In this document: positions 26,714 to 35,698 of the stretch, in pieces
Numbering within the stretch: position 1 is the stretch's first letter
Layout of the letters: each line of letters begins with the position of its first letter
From: Candidatus Altiarchaeota archaeon
GTDB taxonomy: Archaea; Altiarchaeota; Altiarchaeia; IMC4; SCGC-AAA252-I15
DNA length: 64,000 nucleotides
Assembly: GCA_028712125.1 (NCBI GenBank)
Contig: JAQTQS010000002.1
Span: forward strand, 1,417 to 65,416
Reading direction: 5' to 3'
Translations under genes and position numbers: made by a program
Notes under the pieces: model-generated
The model's database searches: none
The model's input: only the letters and a program-made list of their open reading frames with translations
Told to the model about the DNA's origin: nothing

Positions 26714-27499
26714 ATGATATCAATAGTCATCCCAACGCTCAACGAGGAGGATAACATACGCAGGCTTATACCTGAGATACTCAGGGTGTTCTCCGGAAGC
26801 GATATCGAGATTGTCGTCGTTGACGGCAACAGCACGGACGGGACGCAGGATACGGTCAGCTCATTCTCCAAAAAGCACAATTTCATAAGGCTTGTGGTGC
26901 AAGCCGGCAAAGGCTTCGCAAACGCCGTTGCCGAGGGCATAGAAGCCGCCGAAGGCGACATAATCGTCACAATGGACGCGGAAAACCACATGCCGTCTGA
27001 AATCCCGAAACTCATCGACGCCCTCGTCGGCAACGGATGCGACGCGGTCATAGGCTCGCGGTTCGTCAAGGGGGCCGACGTCGATCTGGAGCAAAAGCGC
27101 CTACTCTCCTCGAAGATAGCGAACAAGCTCGCCAAGGTCGGCCTGAAGCTGAAGGTGAAGGACTGCTCGTCGGGCTTTCGCGCCTACCGCGCAAGGCCCG
27201 TAAAGCAGGCGGCCAAGAACCTCCGGACGAAGTACTTCTCAGTCCAGGTCGAGATTGTCGAGAGGCTGACGAAGGCCGGCTGCTGTCTGTGCGAAATCCC
27301 GGTCCACTACATCCGGCGTGACAGCGGGGACAGCAAGTTCCGGTTCAAGAGCGCGGTCAAGGATGCGACAACCCTCGTTCGGATAGCCGGCGACAATGAA
27401 ATCGAAAGCCTAAGGCGCACGACAAGGAAGCTCAAGAGCGCCGTCAGCGGGAGGCCGAGACGGCTGAGGCAGGCCATCAAGAAAATCAGGGGCCGTTAG
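26714..27499 (+). CDS. Family 2 glycosyltransferase (Dpm1 / dolichyl-phosphate sugar synthase-like)
   Basis: ISIVIPTLNEEDNI, DxD region IIVTMDAENH, GSRF motif, basic C-terminus. Confidence 0.85.
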   Translation: MISIVIPTLNEEDNIRRLIPEILRVFSGSDIEIVVVDGNSTDGTQDTVSSFSKKHNFIRLVVQAGKGFANAVAEGIEAAEGDIIVTMDAENHMPSEIPKLIDALVGNGCDAVIGSRFVKGADVDLEQKRLLSSKIANKLAKVGLKLKVKDCSSGFRAYRARPVKQAAKNLRTKYFSVQVEIVERLTKAGCCLCEIPVHYIRRDSGDSKFRFKSAVKDATTLVRIAGDNEIESLRRTTRKLKSAVSGRPRRLRQAIKKIRGR

Positions 27500-27515
27500 A
27501 GCATTTGTTTTCCGT

Positions 27516-28358
27516 TCATGTCATCCAGGATGCTGCCATCTGAGCAATAAAGCCGGCCGCTATCATGCCGACCAGCTTCATCCTGCTCCTGTGGACTACG
27601 ATATTCCCCTGGCCCATCCTTCCCGCAAGGTAAAGTATTGCGATGGCAGATGCAGCCGCAAGATAAGGCATATGGTTGGAAGCTCCGGCAGCGAGCGCGT
27701 ACAGGCATAAAGCCGTCAGCAGCGTGCGCTGAAGCCTTAATGAATTATTTTTCCCAAGCATCTGCACCGTCGTTTTCAGCTTGGCCTTTCTGTCGATGTC
27801 AAAATCCCTTAGCTCCTGGCTTGTCTGCGTGAACAGCGAGTTGATGACTGCGAAGCCCAGCAGGTACAGCGGGAATGCGGTAAAATTCCTCGTGTAGACG
27901 ACTGCCATGAATGCGGGCCCGGCGTCGATGATTGTCACGTGGTATGCCAGGTCGAGGATTGGCTTTGCCTTCGCGCGGACCGGCGGGCCGGAATATGTGA
28001 AGCCGAGGAAGGTTCGGGCTATCATGGCTGCAAAGAAAACGGCGTCTTTCGTCAGCAGGGCGCACAGCATGCCTGCGATGTATATCCCGACTGAGAGAGT
28101 GAACGACATTTTTTTGCCTATCGTGCCGTTGCTGATGGGATTGGTCTTACGCTTCCACTCTTCAAGCGCGTCGTCGTCAGAGTCGTAGACCCTGTTTATG
28201 GTTATGTCCCCTAAAATTCCAAGCATTATCGATGACAGCGCGAGGATTGCCCCCGCAGGATTCGCCTGCAATACCGCCGGCGCCAGCAGCATGAAGAATG
28301 CGGGTATGAGATACTGCTCGTAAAAGCCCTCGAAAAAGCCCCAGACCCCCCCTTTCAT
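27516..28358 (-). CDS. UbiA-family prenyltransferase (candidate DGGGP synthase)
   Basis: Polytopic. First Asp-rich motif INRVYDSDDDA...TNPISNG, second motif LRDFDIDRK. Overlaps the fni stop region. The family call is firm; substrate assignment rests on context only. Confidence 0.7.
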   Translation of the reverse strand: MKGGVWGFFEGFYEQYLIPAFFMLLAPAVLQANPAGAILALSSIMLGILGDITINRVYDSDDDALEEWKRKTNPISNGTIGKKMSFTLSVGIYIAGMLCALLTKDAVFFAAMIARTFLGFTYSGPPVRAKAKPILDLAYHVTIIDAGPAFMAVVYTRNFTAFPLYLLGFAVINSLFTQTSQELRDFDIDRKAKLKTTVQMLGKNNSLRLQRTLLTALCLYALAAGASNHMPYLAAASAIAILYLAGRMGQGNIVVHRSRMKLVGMIAAGFIAQMAASWMT

Positions 28359-29356
28359 CCGACTATCCTGCCGCGAAGACTTCGCACGTCAGCAGCTCCT
28401 GCAAGGAACATCGCAACCTTAAGCTCGAAAGTGAAACTGTCCAAAAATCCGCGCACGCCGTCCCTGCTGCCGGCAGACCATGCCTTGAGAACGGGAAGCG
28501 AGACGCCGACGACGTCCGCGCCCAGGGCGATGGCCTTTGCCGCGTCTATGCCGGTTCGTATCCCGCCCGAGCCTATCAGCGGCTTTTTCAGCCTAGCGAC
28601 TTCGCGTATCGCGTCGGCAGTCGGCACGCCGAAGCCCGCGAAATCCATTGCCGCACGCCTGCTCGCGCCCTCGCTCCTGTAGCCTTCAACCAGGCTCCAG
28701 CAGGTCCCGCCCACGCCCGAAACGTCAATGGCGTCGACCTTAAGCTTCCTCGCGGTCTCATAAGTGATTCCCTCCCCCACGCACTTGGCGATGACTGGAA
28801 TCTTTTGCTTTCGCATCTTCAAAGCCACTGAGTTGATTTTTCCCGCAAGGCCGGAAAAGTTCCTGTTCCCCTCAGGCTGGAGCGCCTCCTGCAATGGATT
28901 GATGTGGAGGGCCAGCGCGTCGGCGCCTATCATGTCGACCGCCTTCCTGCACTCATTGACTCCGTAGCCGTAGTTCAGCTGGACCGCGCCGAGGTTCGCA
29001 ATGAGCAGCGGAAGATCTGGCGCGGATTCCCTGACCTTGAACGTCTCCTCAAGCCTCGGGTTGTCTACGGCCGCCCGCTGGCTTCCGACGCCGAGGCCGA
29101 GCCCGTACTCCTGCGCGACTTCTGCGATGTCGCGGTTTATCCTGGTCGAATTGCCGGTCCCGCCGGTCATCGCGTTTATTATTATGGGATACTTGAGCTT
29201 CCTGCCGAGGAAGGATAATCTCGTGTCAATCCTGTCGAAGTCGATTTCCGGAAGGGCGCGGTATTCCAGCCGCACGTCAGAAAGGCCGGTGCTTCCGGCT
29301 TCGACCTTCTCCTGCGTGCATATGTCCAAGTGGTCCTGCTTGCGTTCGTCAATCAT
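28355..29356 (-). CDS. fni: Isopentenyl-diphosphate delta-isomerase, type 2 (FMN-dependent)
   Basis: Start taken at MIDERKQDHLDIC (complement of 29354-29356). The 44 upstream codons of the track ORF would overlap idsA. Motifs IINAMTGG, GVGSQR, GGIRTG. Confidence 0.92.
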   Translation of the reverse strand: MIDERKQDHLDICTQEKVEAGSTGLSDVRLEYRALPEIDFDRIDTRLSFLGRKLKYPIIINAMTGGTGNSTRINRDIAEVAQEYGLGLGVGSQRAAVDNPRLEETFKVRESAPDLPLLIANLGAVQLNYGYGVNECRKAVDMIGADALALHINPLQEALQPEGNRNFSGLAGKINSVALKMRKQKIPVIAKCVGEGITYETARKLKVDAIDVSGVGGTCWSLVEGYRSEGASRRAAMDFAGFGVPTADAIREVARLKKPLIGSGGIRTGIDAAKAIALGADVVGVSLPVLKAWSAGSRDGVRGFLDSFTFELKVAMFLAGAADVRSLRGRIVG

Positions 29357-29357
29357 C

Positions 29358-30371
29358 TTAAAACCTCCGCTGGAGCAGGAAGTCTGAAAGCAGCAGAAGC
29401 CTTTGCTTCGCCGGGGACTCCCTGAATATGCCCAGCTCCTTTTTCGCCTGCAGCGTATGCCTTGCAAGCTGCCTCTTAGAGTATTCAATCGACTTGGTCC
29501 TCCTGATTATCTCCATCGACGCGCCGAGGTCGCACGCCTCCCGCCGCTCAAGAATCGCAGAAAGCCTCTCCCTTTCGCTCTCCTTCGCATTCCGAATCGC
29601 GTGCAGTACCGGCAGGCTCTTCTTCCCCTCGCAGATGTCCGAGCCCACGGGCTTTCCCAATTCCTTCTCGTCGGCCGTAAGCCCGAGGATGTCGTCCTTA
29701 ATCTGGAACGCAAGGCCAAGGCACATGCCGAAGCGGCCCAGCGCGTCCACCTCTTTTTTGCTTCCTCCGCCGACGATTGCGCCCATTCTCAAAGAGGACT
29801 CGAGGAGCGCTCCCGTCTTCTTGCCTATCATCTTCAGGTACTCGCCCTCAAGGACGTCGCTCCTCTTGCTGTACAGCATGTCCAGTATCTGGCCTTCATG
29901 AAGCTCGGCGTTCGCCCTGATGAGCTCCTCCATGACGTCAAGAATCCTCCCCTCAGGCACTTTATGCTTCTTCAGGTCCATGAGCGCGCGAAACGCCGCA
30001 GAATAAAGAGTGTCGCCGACGATAATGCCCATCTCGTCGCCCCAGATGGCGTGCACCGTCGGCCTGCCCCTCCGCTCCATGTCATGGTCCATCATGTCGT
30101 CATGGACCAATGTGAACGTGTGCAACAGCTCGACAGAGGCCGCCGCCGGCAGCGCCTTATCCGGAGATCCGCCGACAATCTCGCATGCCAAAAGAAGCAG
30201 CGCGGGCCGAACCCTCTTACCGCCGGCCTTGATTGGATGCTCCATCATCTCCCTGATGGGCTGCTCCTCATCCTTGAAGTATTCAAGCAGGACCGGCTGC
30301 ATCATATCCGCCGTCTTCTTGATGTAATCCCTGGCGTCTTCCATGTTGAAAAATAGCGCACATCGGCGCAT
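29358..30371 (-). CDS. idsA: Geranylgeranyl diphosphate synthase (trans-polyprenyl synthase)
   Basis: First Asp-rich motif LVHDDMMD and second FQIKDDILG. An alternative start exists at Met10 (30344). Confidence 0.9.
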   Translation of the reverse strand: MRRCALFFNMEDARDYIKKTADMMQPVLLEYFKDEEQPIREMMEHPIKAGGKRVRPALLLLACEIVGGSPDKALPAAASVELLHTFTLVHDDMMDHDMERRGRPTVHAIWGDEMGIIVGDTLYSAAFRALMDLKKHKVPEGRILDVMEELIRANAELHEGQILDMLYSKRSDVLEGEYLKMIGKKTGALLESSLRMGAIVGGGSKKEVDALGRFGMCLGLAFQIKDDILGLTADEKELGKPVGSDICEGKKSLPVLHAIRNAKESERERLSAILERREACDLGASMEIIRRTKSIEYSKRQLARHTLQAKKELGIFRESPAKQRLLLLSDFLLQRRF

Positions 30372-30480
30372 AGCGCGCCAAAGGCAGGTAATCTATTGGT
30401 AAGCGTATTAAAATCTGCCGTCCGAAAGAAATGCGAAGGGCCGGGAATTATTTTTAAACAGGCCTTCCAATAAGAGTGGC

Positions 30481-30768
30481 ATGAACGGCCTCTTGGCGGC
30501 ATTGACAGTATTCATCGGCATGCTCGGCGGGAACAACGCCGACGACGGCGCAACAAGCCCGGCCGCAGTCGAGATTAACACGACAACCACCACAATGCCC
30601 GTTTCGCCGCACGTGATTTCCGAGAAGCTTAACACCTGCGACAAGATATCAGACACCGACGAAAGAAATCTCTGCTACGCCAAGGCCACGGGCGACCGGT
30701 TCTTCTGCGACCGGATAAAGGATTCCTCTCTAAAAACAACCTGCCGGCGAATCATCAAAACTAACTAA
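30481..30768 (+). CDS. Small secreted Cys-motif protein
   Basis: 95 aa. Hydrophobic N-terminus, Thr-rich linker, two copies of a C-D-x-I-x-D-x6-C motif (CDKISDTDERNLCY, CDRIKDSSLKTTC). Confidence 0.5.
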   Translation: MNGLLAALTVFIGMLGGNNADDGATSPAAVEINTTTTTMPVSPHVISEKLNTCDKISDTDERNLCYAKATGDRFFCDRIKDSSLKTTCRRIIKTN

Positions 30769-31429
30769 GGCTTCTGACATCATCAACGCTGACTTCCTTC
30801 ATGCTTGCCACAATTCTGTCCGGACGCTCCGCAAGCAGGCTCTCCCTCCCGTCATGGCCAGTTGTGACAGCAATCACGCGCATGCCAGCAGCCTTGCCGG
30901 CCCGGACGCCGTGCACCGAATCCTCAAAGACCACGCACTCCTCCGGCTTAACACCCAGACGTTTTGCAGTCTCAAGATAAATCTCAGGATCAGGCTTGCC
31001 ACGAGCAACCTCAGTCCCCATCGTAATCGCGTCCAAGAGGCCGTCAAACAAAGGCAATGCAAACACCAGCTCGCAAATCCGCTTCGAACATGACGTCGCA
31101 ATGCCGACCTTAAAGCCGGCCTTCTTCAGACTCTTCAATAGCTCCCCCGCGCCCGGCAGAAGCGAAATACCGCCACCGATATTCTCGGCAACAAGGTCCC
31201 TACGCTCCTCAACCGCCTTCTTCACAACAGCCTCATCAGGAGAAAGCCCGTGCCTTGAAAGAAAAAGCATCATAATATCCCGGCCGACCATCCCATAGCC
31301 CGCATCCAAATCAGCGCGGGTGAACTCAAGATTGAAATACTTGCGCGCAACAACCTGAAAAGCAGCAAGATGAATGTCAAACAAATCCACAAGCGTACCG
31401 TCAAAATCGAAAATAGCCGCCTTAATCAT
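30761..31429 (-). CDS. HAD-superfamily hydrolase (beta-phosphoglucomutase-like subfamily)
   Basis: Motif I AAIFDFDGTLVD, motif II IATS, motif III/IV K...VFEDSVHGVRAGKAAGM. Confidence 0.85.
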   Translation of the reverse strand: MIKAAIFDFDGTLVDLFDIHLAAFQVVARKYFNLEFTRADLDAGYGMVGRDIMMLFLSRHGLSPDEAVVKKAVEERRDLVAENIGGGISLLPGAGELLKSLKKAGFKVGIATSCSKRICELVFALPLFDGLLDAITMGTEVARGKPDPEIYLETAKRLGVKPEECVVFEDSVHGVRAGKAAGMRVIAVTTGHDGRESLLAERPDRIVASMKEVSVDDVRSLS

Positions 31430-31607
31430 CAGACGAAATATTGGAGCGATGAGTTATAAACTATGCCAGACGAGAAAGACATGTCGCTAAAAAATCCTCC
31501 TAGCCTAAGGTAAAAACGCAAGCATGCCGCTATTTTAAAAGCATGCTCGCATGAGTAAACAAGGAATCCAAGTGGATGCTAAGTCGTTGATGACTGGGGA
31601 GTATTAA

Positions 31608-31988
31608 ATGAGTGATGAAAACGCATGGAAGATCGTTCCAGCATTGGGTTTACTTGTTCTAACAATGATTTGGTTTTTTATTATGTATGCAATCCCTTCT
31701 TTTATCTCCGCACTGGTTTTCTATTTCTCCGATACTAAGACCTTCATGAAGAAAATTATTTCCTTCCTCCTCTCTGTGATGTCCTTCTTTGTATCGATTT
31801 TCATATTTGAACTAATATTTAATATTAAAAGAGCACCTTTTTCTGATATGTCCTACTCCCCACTATTTGGTACTTCCTTCTCACTAAGCGAGTGTTTAAT
31901 AACATTTTCGATTTTCATGTTTTTTGTATCCCTAATCCTTGTTGCACTAGTAAAAAAAATAAAAGAAAAATTAGGTGAGACTAAATGA
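31608..31988 (+). CDS. Hypothetical small membrane protein (AT-rich patch)
   Basis: 126 aa with about 4 hydrophobic helices rich in Phe/Ile/Ser. Codon usage is unlike the neighbours. Confidence 0.5.
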   Translation: MSDENAWKIVPALGLLVLTMIWFFIMYAIPSFISALVFYFSDTKTFMKKIISFLLSVMSFFVSIFIFELIFNIKRAPFSDMSYSPLFGTSFSLSECLITFSIFMFFVSLILVALVKKIKEKLGETK

Positions 31989-32293
31989 ATATGATTACTG
32001 ATTTTATCTATCCTTCAATCATATCTACCATACCCGTTCTTGTCTCAGTCTATGTTTTCTACATCTCCGTCACTAAAATCATAAGAAATAAGTTAATTTC
32101 ATATATAATATTTTTAACAGTGCTACTATCATCGATTTACTTCCTTGGAATCTTCTACCCGGGCAATAAAACAGATTTCTTTCCCCAGTTCTATTATGAT
32201 TATTTCCTAAAGTCATGCTCCATTTTCTTGGCTCTGGCGCTAATAGTTATGTTGGATCTTATGAATTACAAGTTAAAGTTCAGGAAAAAATGA
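31985..32293 (+). CDS. Hypothetical small membrane protein (AT-rich patch)
   Basis: 102 aa with about 3 hydrophobic helices. ATGA overlaps with both the upstream and the downstream gene. Confidence 0.5.
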   Translation: MNMITDFIYPSIISTIPVLVSVYVFYISVTKIIRNKLISYIIFLTVLLSSIYFLGIFYPGNKTDFFPQFYYDYFLKSCSIFLALALIVMLDLMNYKLKFRKK

Positions 32294-33255
32294 CCGAACA
32301 CCCACCAAAGTCTGAATCGTATAATACGCATTCAACCGCAGTCGCTTTTCCGGGTCTTCCCATTATTTTCGCCGAGGGTTTTGGGGAGAATAGGGTTTCC
32401 TTGCATGGGCATATCAGCCTGGCGCTTTCGACGGCTGACGGCTGTATGCGGTCTGTCACGGCTGTCGGGCAGGCCAGCCGAAATTCTTTTCTTGTTGACG
32501 GCCTGCGGATTGACCGCAAGCGTGGGAAGGGCATGCTGGCTATGCGGGATGCCATGGTCAATCTTGCCGGCAGTAAAATCAAGCTTGCGATATCCTCTGT
32601 GAATTCGGGCATCTTGACTGGCAGCAGCGATTCCGGGGCGGCGGCGTTGGCTGTGGCTTTGAACGGCTTTCTCGCTCTTGGGCTTTCAATTGACAGCCTG
32701 CATGAGTTGGCGCGTTATGGCAGCGAGACTGCCTACCGCAGTCTCTATGGCGGACTGAGCGAGTATTATTTCGAGAAGGGCGTTCCAAGGGCCAGGGTTC
32801 TTCTACCTGCCGGGAAATTGAAGGACATCGCCATCTATGCCGTGCCGTTCGACTATCCAAGGCATTCGGCTGACGAGCTGCATTCAGCGGTCGTCAGGCA
32901 TCCGGGCTATCGGAGGCGGATTGCGGTGGCGGAAAAGCGCATCAAGGATTTCAAGAAGGCCTCATCGAAGCGTGATTTCAATGCCTGCCTGCGTTTGATG
33001 GAAGACGACGCCCGGCAGGTGCACGGCCTGTTCGAGGATATGGGTTGCAGGGTGCGCAAGGAGGGCATGCTCGCATTATGCAAGAAGGTCGAGTCATGGC
33101 GTTCGGCCGGCTTGAGGTGCTATTGGAATGTTGCCGGCGGGAGCGTGGTCTATGTCTTCTCCCTAAGCAAGGATGCCAAAGAAGTAAGGAAGAATCTCAA
33201 GGGCTATAAGATTGTGGAATGCCGGCCTGCCGGGCCTGCCGCCGTTCTATCTTAA
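32290..33255 (+). CDS. Divergent mevalonate (di)phosphate decarboxylase-family (GHMP) protein
   Basis: Start at MTEHPPK (ATG 32290, overlapping the previous stop). GHMP motif-II-like ILTGSSDSGAAALAVALN and MVD-like ARYGSETAYRSLYGG (canonical: AR.GSGSACRS..GG). Confidence 0.68.
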   Translation: MTEHPPKSESYNTHSTAVAFPGLPIIFAEGFGENRVSLHGHISLALSTADGCMRSVTAVGQASRNSFLVDGLRIDRKRGKGMLAMRDAMVNLAGSKIKLAISSVNSGILTGSSDSGAAALAVALNGFLALGLSIDSLHELARYGSETAYRSLYGGLSEYYFEKGVPRARVLLPAGKLKDIAIYAVPFDYPRHSADELHSAVVRHPGYRRRIAVAEKRIKDFKKASSKRDFNACLRLMEDDARQVHGLFEDMGCRVRKEGMLALCKKVESWRSAGLRCYWNVAGGSVVYVFSLSKDAKEVRKNLKGYKIVECRPAGPAAVLS

Positions 33256-33281
33256 ATGCTCGGCGTCTTAAAGTAATCTAT

Positions 33282-35450
33282 ATGAAGCTTGTTAAGGCTG
33301 CTGTCTTTCTTGCCGGGTTTTCGGCGGTTGTCATGCAGCTTGCGGTCTTGCGGGAGTTTTTTGCGGTCTTCTATGGGAACGAGCTGGTGTTCGGGATTAT
33401 CCTTGGCAACTGGCTGCTGCTGACCGGGCTTGGCGGGTTTCTCGGCCGTTTTGCAGGAAGGTTGGGAAACAAGCTCTATTGGTTTATCCTGCTTCAGGCG
33501 GTTCTCGGTTTGATTGCGCCCGCGGTAATACTTTTTGCCGGCCTTTCCCGCAGCATTTTCTCGCTTCCGGGCGAGATGGCCAGCCTGCCGCTGGTGGCTG
33601 TTTCATCTTTTTTTGTTCTATTGCCGTTCTGCATGGTTTCAGGATTCCAGATTGTCCTTGCAGTCTCGCTTCAGTCCAAATCCGATGATAATATCGCGTC
33701 AGGGCTTGGCGGCGTCTATGCCATCGAGGGTTTCGGCAGCCTTGCAGGCGGGGTGTTATACACCTACTTCCTAATACCTGCGCTAAATTCGCTTGAGGCC
33801 GCGATGCTCGTCCTTGTCCTGAACATGGCGCTCTGCATCTTAATGTCGCTTTCATTGCTGCCGGCTTCAGTCAGGAAAATTAGCGCAGGCGCGATTGCCT
33901 TGCTTTTGATTGCAAGCCTTTTAGCCATCAATAACACCGGCCTTGCCGGCCTGTCGGACCGTATGCAGTATCCCGGCCAGGAAATCATTTTGCGCGAGGA
34001 TTCGCCCTACGGCCGGCTTTTTATAACCCGCACTGGAAGCCAGCTTAATTTCTATGAGAACGGCCTGCCGTTGTTCACCACAGACGACATAGGCCAAAGC
34101 GAGGAGGCCGTCCATTATGCAATGGTTCAGCATTCCAGTCCGCGGAAAGTGCTGGTGATTTCTGGCGGAGTGTCCGGCGTCCTTAATGAAATCCTAAAGT
34201 ACCCGTCAGTTGAAGAGATAGACTATGTGGAATTGGACCCGCTGTTGATAGACGCGGGCCGATTGTTCGTCAACGGCAGCGGCATCGAAAGTCCGAAGGT
34301 TCGCGTCCATTACGGGGACGGCCGGCGTTTCGTGCAGGATGCGTCAACTTCTGGAAGCGGTTATGACGTCATTTTGTTGAACCTTCCCGACCCTTCGACT
34401 GCGCAGCTCAGCCGTTTTTACACAGTCGAGTTCTTCAGGCAGGCAAGGAAGCTTTTGGGCGAAAGAGGCGTCATCTCGCTTTCGATAAGCGGTTCTGAGA
34501 ACTATATGAATACGGCCTCGCTCAGCCTGAACGCCTGCGTCTACCGGACGCTATTGGAATCATTCCGCAATGCGATAATCCTCCCCGGCGGCAGGAATTA
34601 TTACCTCGCATCCGACGGCAGCCTGACTTACGACATCGCAGGCCGGCTTTCAGGACTGGGCATCCAGACGTCATACGTAAACGGCTACTACCTTCCGGGC
34701 ATCCTGACTGGCGAGCGCATCAGATACGCTACCGATTCAGTCACCAGCCTCAAGGCTGAAGTCAGCCATGACTTCAAGCCCGCATCCTACTCCTACTACA
34801 TCGCTTACTGGAGCAGCCAGTACGGCATCAACCTGGATTACCTTGGACTGCTCTTACTTATAATGCTATTGTTATTTTTCCTATGGCTCAAGCCGGTTCC
34901 CGGCGCAGTGTTCTCCGCAGGCTTCGCCGGAACATCGCTGCAGCTTTCAATAATCCTCGCATTCCAGGCGCTCTACGGCTATGCCTACCGGCAGATAGGC
35001 GCAATAGTTGCCGCATTCATGCTCGGCCTAATGGCCGGCTCATTGTACTCGACCATGGCAATCCGCAGTAGAAAGCAGGGCGACCTGCGAATTCTCGTCG
35101 CAGGCATCTCAATCTACTCATTCATTATCGCCGCATGTCTCATGCTAGCGTCATACGCCGATTCAGCCGGATTGCCCGCATTCCTCCTGCCTGCCGTCTT
35201 CCTGCTGGCGAGCATGATTTCGGGCATGCTCACAGGCGCCCTATTCCCGATAGCCGGGAAGATAAGCCTTGCAAAAAATCCCGCCGCTGAATCCGCGATG
35301 GGCGCGCTATACGCCGCCGACATGGCCGGCGCCTTCTTCGGCTCGCTCCTAACCGGCGTTTTTCTGGCTCCAGTCTATGGTATAATCACAGCAACGGCCG
35401 CCGCCGGTTTGCTCGCGCTTGCGGGATGGATGAAACTTGCATCGAAATGA
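33282..35450 (+). CDS. Polytopic membrane protein with central spermidine-synthase-like (aminopropyl/methyltransferase fold) domain
   Basis: Start at MKLVKAAVFLAGF (ATG 33282). About 7 N-terminal and about 5 C-terminal TM helices flank VLVISGGVSGVLNEILKY...VELDP...YDVILLNLPDPS. Confidence 0.8.
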   Translation: MKLVKAAVFLAGFSAVVMQLAVLREFFAVFYGNELVFGIILGNWLLLTGLGGFLGRFAGRLGNKLYWFILLQAVLGLIAPAVILFAGLSRSIFSLPGEMASLPLVAVSSFFVLLPFCMVSGFQIVLAVSLQSKSDDNIASGLGGVYAIEGFGSLAGGVLYTYFLIPALNSLEAAMLVLVLNMALCILMSLSLLPASVRKISAGAIALLLIASLLAINNTGLAGLSDRMQYPGQEIILREDSPYGRLFITRTGSQLNFYENGLPLFTTDDIGQSEEAVHYAMVQHSSPRKVLVISGGVSGVLNEILKYPSVEEIDYVELDPLLIDAGRLFVNGSGIESPKVRVHYGDGRRFVQDASTSGSGYDVILLNLPDPSTAQLSRFYTVEFFRQARKLLGERGVISLSISGSENYMNTASLSLNACVYRTLLESFRNAIILPGGRNYYLASDGSLTYDIAGRLSGLGIQTSYVNGYYLPGILTGERIRYATDSVTSLKAEVSHDFKPASYSYYIAYWSSQYGINLDYLGLLLLIMLLLFFLWLKPVPGAVFSAGFAGTSLQLSIILAFQALYGYAYRQIGAIVAAFMLGLMAGSLYSTMAIRSRKQGDLRILVAGISIYSFIIAACLMLASYADSAGLPAFLLPAVFLLASMISGMLTGALFPIAGKISLAKNPAAESAMGALYAADMAGAFFGSLLTGVFLAPVYGIITATAAAGLLALAGWMKLASK

Positions 35451-35698
35451 AAACTGGCAACCTAATGACCAAAATAAACAGGTGGACGGGCTGGCTCTCG
35501 CTGGCCTACATGATAGTTTTCATCGCAACCGGCTTTGCCATGGTCGGCATGTGGGATTTTGACAAAATCATAAGCGTCAGGCGGGCCGGCATGCTGCACT
35601 CGAGCCCGTACATGATATACCCGATGCTCGTCGTCGTGATAGTGCACTCCCTGACTTGCATCCAGAGGTGGCTTTCGGGATGGACAAAAAGAAGGTAA
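35447..35698 (+). CDS. Small 2-TM membrane protein with intramembrane or adjacent His residues
   Basis: 83 aa from MKTGNLMTK. ATGA overlap with the upstream stop (35447-35450). Hydrophobic segments WLSLAYMIVFIATGFAMVGMW and MIYPMLVVVIVHSL. Confidence 0.5.
   Translation: MKTGNLMTKINRWTGWLSLAYMIVFIATGFAMVGMWDFDKIISVRRAGMLHSSPYMIYPMLVVVIVHSLTCIQRWLSGWTKRR

Noticed and set aside
29403-30356. 317-aa plus-strand ORF
   Set aside because: It is entirely antisense to the GGPP synthase gene, which has both Asp-rich motifs. The antisense product is Arg/Leu/Pro-rich with no recognisable domain.
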